DNA from: Candidatus Omnitrophota bacterium
Lineage (GTDB): Bacteria > Omnitrophota > Gorgyraeia > Zapsychrales > JANLHA01
Assembly (NCBI GenBank): GCA_022711395.1
Contig: JAKLFA010000001.1
Coordinates: 515,277-579,276, forward strand
Reading direction: 5' to 3'
DNA length: 64,000 nt
Below the pieces are notes generated by a model, which was not told where the DNA came from, made no database searches, and saw only the letters and a list, made by a program, of their open reading frames with translations. Positions 60,390 to 64,000 of this stretch are shown one piece after another. The translations under genes were made by a program, and so were the position numbers. The stretch's first letter is position 1; each line of letters opens with the position of its first letter.

Positions 60390-61349
60390 ATGAAGGTCTT
60401 GCTTTATGGCGGCGGGGCGGTTGGTTTGGGCCTGGCGAGTTTTCTTTTGAAATCCGGGGTTTCTGTGGATATTATCGCGCGGCCGGAAACGGCGCAGGCA
60501 TTGCGGGAAAAGGGCCTGTTCCGCACCGGCTTATTCGGTGATGCTGAGTTTTCGCCGAAATCATTCCAAGTTTTTTCCAGTCTCTCTGAAGTTAAAAATC
60601 CGGGGGCGGGCTATGACTATCTTTTGCTGTGCACAAAGCTCTTTGACGTGGATTATGCCGTCGAAGATATTGCCCGTCATCAACAGGAGCTTGGCCCTGA
60701 TTTTAAGATCATCATTTGCCAGAACGGCTGGGGAAGTTCGGACCGTTTTTTAAAGTATTTACCCAGGGAACGCGTGTTCAACGCCCGGGTGATCACGGGC
60801 TTCAAACGCCCGGAACCGAATCGCGTGAATGTCACTGTTCACGCTGACGCGGTCCATCTTGGAAGCGTCTACGGTGTTCCTTCGCAAAATTTAACGGACC
60901 TCGCCGAGGCGATTGACGCGGCAGGGCTGCCCTGCAAGCTCGCGGATGATGTGGCAAAGGACCTTTGGGCGAAGATGCTTTATAATTGCGCGCTCAATCC
61001 GTTGGGCGCGGTGCTAAAAAAGTCATACGGCGAACTGGGGGACAATCTCCATACCCGTGAGATCATGAACCGTCTGATCAGTGAGATCTTTGAGGTCATG
61101 ACGGTAAACGGATATGAGACCCATTGGCCGACGGCCGCAGAATATCAAGAGGTGTTTTACGGGGAGCTTGTCCCGGCGACGGCGGCTCACCGTTCGTCAA
61201 CTCTGCAAAGTCTGGAGCAGGGCCGGCGTATCGAGATCGAAGGCCTGACCGGGACGATCCTGGAGCTGGCAAAGGCAAAAGGGATCAGCGTTCCTTATAA
61301 CGCGATGCTGTATTCGATGGTCAAGGCGCTCGACCGCGCAAAATATTAA
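60390..61349 (+). CDS. panE: 2-dehydropantoate 2-reductase family oxidoreductase (PanE/ApbA-like)
   Basis: N-terminal Rossmann motif LLYGGGAVGLGLA plus an ApbA_C-like C-terminus. 319 aa. Confidence 0.7.
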   Translation: MKVLLYGGGAVGLGLASFLLKSGVSVDIIARPETAQALREKGLFRTGLFGDAEFSPKSFQVFSSLSEVKNPGAGYDYLLLCTKLFDVDYAVEDIARHQQELGPDFKIIICQNGWGSSDRFLKYLPRERVFNARVITGFKRPEPNRVNVTVHADAVHLGSVYGVPSQNLTDLAEAIDAAGLPCKLADDVAKDLWAKMLYNCALNPLGAVLKKSYGELGDNLHTREIMNRLISEIFEVMTVNGYETHWPTAAEYQEVFYGELVPATAAHRSSTLQSLEQGRRIEIEGLTGTILELAKAKGISVPYNAMLYSMVKALDRAKY

Positions 61350-61413
61350 AAATAGTGGTATTCATCTCAATTAATATACTATAATTAATACATAATGAAT
61401 TGGAGGCTTCTTT

Positions 61414-61770
61414 ATGTCGATCCCATTGGAATTAAAACTGAAGAATTTTGAAGACGCTACCGGAGCGGTGTCGGCTGTCGTGGATGAGAAATTGGCGAAG
61501 CTCGAGCAGGTTTGCCCTAAGGCGACGTCCTGCCATGTCCTGGTAGAACAGCTGCAGAACCCTAAACACCATCATCATTCTTATCATATCCGTGTCGCTG
61601 TTAAATTTCCGCCGCACCATGAAGTGGTCGTTACCAAAGATCCGCAGAAGGGCGGTATCCAGGAAGAGCTTTTGACAACACAGGTTCGTGAGGTCTTTAT
61701 TTCGGTCCGGCGTCAAGTCCAGGAAATCATGGACAAAGACCGCGGAAAGGTCAAAACGCATGGTTCATGA
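61414..61770 (+). CDS. hpf: Ribosome hibernation promoting factor / RaiA family protein
   Basis: About 118 aa. N-terminus L.LKL.NFE...AV...KLAKLEQ matches the YfiA/HPF pattern, followed by a beta-alpha-beta-beta-beta-alpha-like hydrophobic periodicity. Confidence 0.65.
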   Translation: MSIPLELKLKNFEDATGAVSAVVDEKLAKLEQVCPKATSCHVLVEQLQNPKHHHHSYHIRVAVKFPPHHEVVVTKDPQKGGIQEELLTTQVREVFISVRRQVQEIMDKDRGKVKTHGS

Positions 61771-61934
61771 CAGGGCGGCTGTTTGACCGGGCCTGGTTTT
61801 TGCTGAGAATGTAAGGTCTGATTTATGAACATCGCCGTTGGGGGAAATGTTCTTGTCGGAGCGCTCTTAGGCGGCGCAAGGTTTTACACAGGCAAAAGGT
61901 CCGGTCCTATGAGTTTTAATTTTATTTAATAATA

Positions 61935-61979
61935 AACTCAAAGTTTCGTTTGCAACGAGGCTTTGAGTTTTTGTTTTTC
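61935..61979 (+). terminator. Hairpin plus U-tract (terminator/attenuator) immediately upstream of the PAS gene RBS
   Basis: AACTCAAAG-17nt-CTTTGAGTT followed by TTTGTTTTT, ending 4 nt before GGAGGG. Confidence 0.5.
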
Positions 61980-61994
61980 AGGAGGGATAAGGCC

Positions 61995-63371
61995 ATGACA
62001 GAGAACCAAAAGACGATCGAAGAATTGATGAAGGAAATAGAATTTTTGCGCGGCCGGATCCAAGAGCTGGAAGCTGAGGCCAAGGAGACCGAAGAAAAGC
62101 TGAAAGAACAGGAAGCGTTTACCCGGACCGTTATGGATCATCTGCCGATCGGTATCGCGGTCAATTCGATCGATCCGGCGGTGTTTAGGTACATGAATGA
62201 CAATTTTGTCAAATATTACCGGGTGACACGGGAGGAACTTGCGTCTCCGGATGTTTTTTGGGAGGTTGTTTATCCTAATGAGGCGGAGAGGGAAAAAACC
62301 AGAAAGAAAGTTTTTGAGGACTGCGCCAGCGGAGATCCGGAGCGTATGGTTTGGAATGATGTCCCGATCAATCGTCCTGGAGAAAAAACGTTCTTTGTCA
62401 GCGCGCGAAACATCCCGATCCCGGGTAAGCCCTTTATGATCTCTACGGTCCAGGACACGACCGAATACGTTCAGATCATGTCGGCTCTCAGAGAAAGTGA
62501 ACGGCAGTTCCGCACGCTGTTCGAAAATATGAGCACGGGGTTCGCCCTGCATAAGATCGTAACGAACGAAAAGGGAGAACCGGTCGATTATATCTTCTTG
62601 GCGGCTAATCCCGCTTTTGAACGGGAGACGGGCCTCAAGAGAGAACATATTCTCGGAAAACGGGTCACGGAGGTCCTTCCCGGCATTGAGAACGATCCGG
62701 CCGATTGGATCCATTTCTATGGACAGGTCGCGATCGAAAGGAAGGCTCAGACGGTGGAGCGCTATTCGGCAGCGTTAAAGCGGTGGTATTCGGTCGTGGC
62801 CTACAGTCCGGCGCCGGGCCAATTTGCCGCGGTATTCAGTGATATTTCAGACCGTAAGAGGATCGAGGAAGAGACCGAGAAGGCCAGGATGTTCCTGAAC
62901 GCGATCATTAACACGATCGCGGACCCGGTCTTTGTCAAGGATTCAGAGCATCGGTGGATCCTTTTGAATGATGCGTTCTGTGAGTTCATGGGGCGCTCCC
63001 GGGAGGTGCTGATCGGAAAGAGCGACTATGATTTCTTCCCCAAGGAGCAGGCGGATATTTTCTGGCAAAAAGATTCCCTGGCGCTGGAATCCGGGAATGA
63101 TGATGTGAATGAGGAGAAATTCACCGATGCCACGGGACTGGAGCATACGATCGTTACCAAAAAATCCGTTTTCACGCTGCCCTGGACGTCGGAGAAGGTC
63201 CTGGTGGGTATTATCCGCGATATTACGGATATCCGGCGCGGTGAGGAGGAGAAACAGAAACATTTGCATGAATTGGAAGTGTTCTTTAGGGCGAGTTTGG
63301 GCAGGGAGGAGCGCATCCTTGAGCTGAAAAAAGAGATCAACGCTTTAAGGCAGGAATTGGAAAAGAACTAG
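61995..63371 (+). CDS. PAS/PAC-domain protein with N- and C-terminal coiled coils and no recognisable output domain
   Basis: N-terminal heptad coiled coil. At least two PAS-like modules (TVMDHLPIGIAVNS...; NAIINTIADPVFVKDSEHRWILLNDAFCEFMG...). C-terminal coiled coil (ILELKKEINALRQELEKN). GGAGGG RBS before ATG 61995. Confidence 0.8.
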   Translation: MTENQKTIEELMKEIEFLRGRIQELEAEAKETEEKLKEQEAFTRTVMDHLPIGIAVNSIDPAVFRYMNDNFVKYYRVTREELASPDVFWEVVYPNEAEREKTRKKVFEDCASGDPERMVWNDVPINRPGEKTFFVSARNIPIPGKPFMISTVQDTTEYVQIMSALRESERQFRTLFENMSTGFALHKIVTNEKGEPVDYIFLAANPAFERETGLKREHILGKRVTEVLPGIENDPADWIHFYGQVAIERKAQTVERYSAALKRWYSVVAYSPAPGQFAAVFSDISDRKRIEEETEKARMFLNAIINTIADPVFVKDSEHRWILLNDAFCEFMGRSREVLIGKSDYDFFPKEQADIFWQKDSLALESGNDDVNEEKFTDATGLEHTIVTKKSVFTLPWTSEKVLVGIIRDITDIRRGEEEKQKHLHELEVFFRASLGREERILELKKEINALRQELEKN

Positions 63372-63412
63372 CGGTCGGGGCGGGCGATCGGCTTCAATTC
63401 GGGAGGGAATTC

Positions 63413-64000
63413 ATGGCAGTGGAACACAAGAAAATGATCCGGATGTGCGTGTTTTTCGCTGTTTCGCTTCTATTCATTTCAGGATTGTGGATGGCCGCTG
63501 AGTGGAGCGCGAAAAGCGAAGACCTCCGGATGCGAAGGTCCGTTCTGAGCAAGGTCATGGCCTTAGCACGGGAAATGGACCCTTCCCTTGTAAAAGAGCT
63601 GACCTTTACGGCAAAGGATCGGGACTCTGCGGTATTTGAGCATCTTGTCAGGATCATGACGCAATATGGAAAGAATTTTTTCTGCAGAGGGATCTACAGT
63701 TATGCGCTGCGGGATGGAAAGTTATATTTCGGCCCTGAAAATTATTCTCTCGATGACCCCATGGCGAGCCCGCCCGGAACGTTATATCAGGAACCGTCTG
63801 AACAAGACATCGCGATTTTTAGCACCAAGAGCGCGTTTATCAGCGGTCCCCACACGGATGAATACGGAACGTTCATTTATGGCCTGGCTCCCGTGATCGA
63901 CCCGGACACCGGGGAGGTCCTTATGGCCGTGGGGATGGATGTTCTTGTCAAGGATTGGTTCGCGAAGCTTAATGCTGTTCGTGTTCAGGTTATGCTTCCG
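63413..64000 (+). CDS. Membrane-anchored extracytoplasmic sensor-like protein, 3' partial (runs off window end)
   Basis: Frame is open from ATG 63413 to position 64000 with no stop (196 codons). GGGAGGG RBS 5 nt upstream. N-terminal TM helix (MCVFFAVSLLFISGLWMAA) followed by a soluble domain. Not in the ORF track because no stop falls in the window. Confidence 0.55.
   Translation, partial: MAVEHKKMIRMCVFFAVSLLFISGLWMAAEWSAKSEDLRMRRSVLSKVMALAREMDPSLVKELTFTAKDRDSAVFEHLVRIMTQYGKNFFCRGIYSYALRDGKLYFGPENYSLDDPMASPPGTLYQEPSEQDIAIFSTKSAFISGPHTDEYGTFIYGLAPVIDPDTGEVLMAVGMDVLVKDWFAKLNAVRVQVMLP

Overview
This 64-kb window is a densely packed, almost entirely plus-strand housekeeping region of a diderm (Gram-negative-type) bacterium of unknown lineage. 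GC is about 50-55%, and only rpmB is on the minus strand.

Recognisable gene blocks, in order:
- An OstA-like LptC/LptA-family protein (partial at the window start) and lptB.
- tig, clpP, a class-V aminotransferase and serA.
- purA, then an OmpA-like lipoprotein.
- uppS-cdsA-dxr-rseP, a CpaF/TadA-like ATPase, proS, and rimP-nusA-infB.
- trpS, scpA, ruvB, queA, tgt, trmD, rplS, rnhB and yraN.
- An FtcD-like cyclodeaminase with folD.
- polA, glgA, coaE, rho, rpmE, prfA, prmC and murA.
- trpGDCF, about 5 kb of unrelated genes, then trpBA.
- An M16 peptidase, rsfS, argS, recJ, rpmB (minus strand), pepF, a NUDIX hydrolase, fba, panE and hpf.
- A PAS-only protein, then a membrane sensor-like CDS that runs off the window end.

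I found no rRNA or tRNA genes, CRISPR arrays, transposases or integrases.

The most interesting features are:
- The trp operon is split by a 5-kb insert. The insert begins with a standalone DEDD-type exonuclease. It is followed by a GC-rich, highly structured, terminator-ended RNA-like segment (a candidate ncRNA or riboswitch-like leader). Downstream of that lie a zinc-ribbon protein, an M20 peptidase, a DUF3108-like gene, a PD40-propeller gene and a hypothetical gene.
- An orphan CpaF/TadA-type secretion ATPase is translationally coupled to an INS-less ProRS that carries a Cys4 zinc-ribbon insertion.
- The trigger factor lacks its PPIase domain.
- A homolog of pyridine-nucleotide-disulfide oxidoreductases has a glycine-less (degenerate) Rossmann motif.
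- A strongly promoted, unannotated 56-aa ORF lies upstream of rsfS.
- A PAS-only coiled-coil protein sits next to the membrane-anchored sensor fragment.

Gene starts were refined from the ORF track using RBS and start-codon context. All family assignments come from motif recognition by eye, not database searches.
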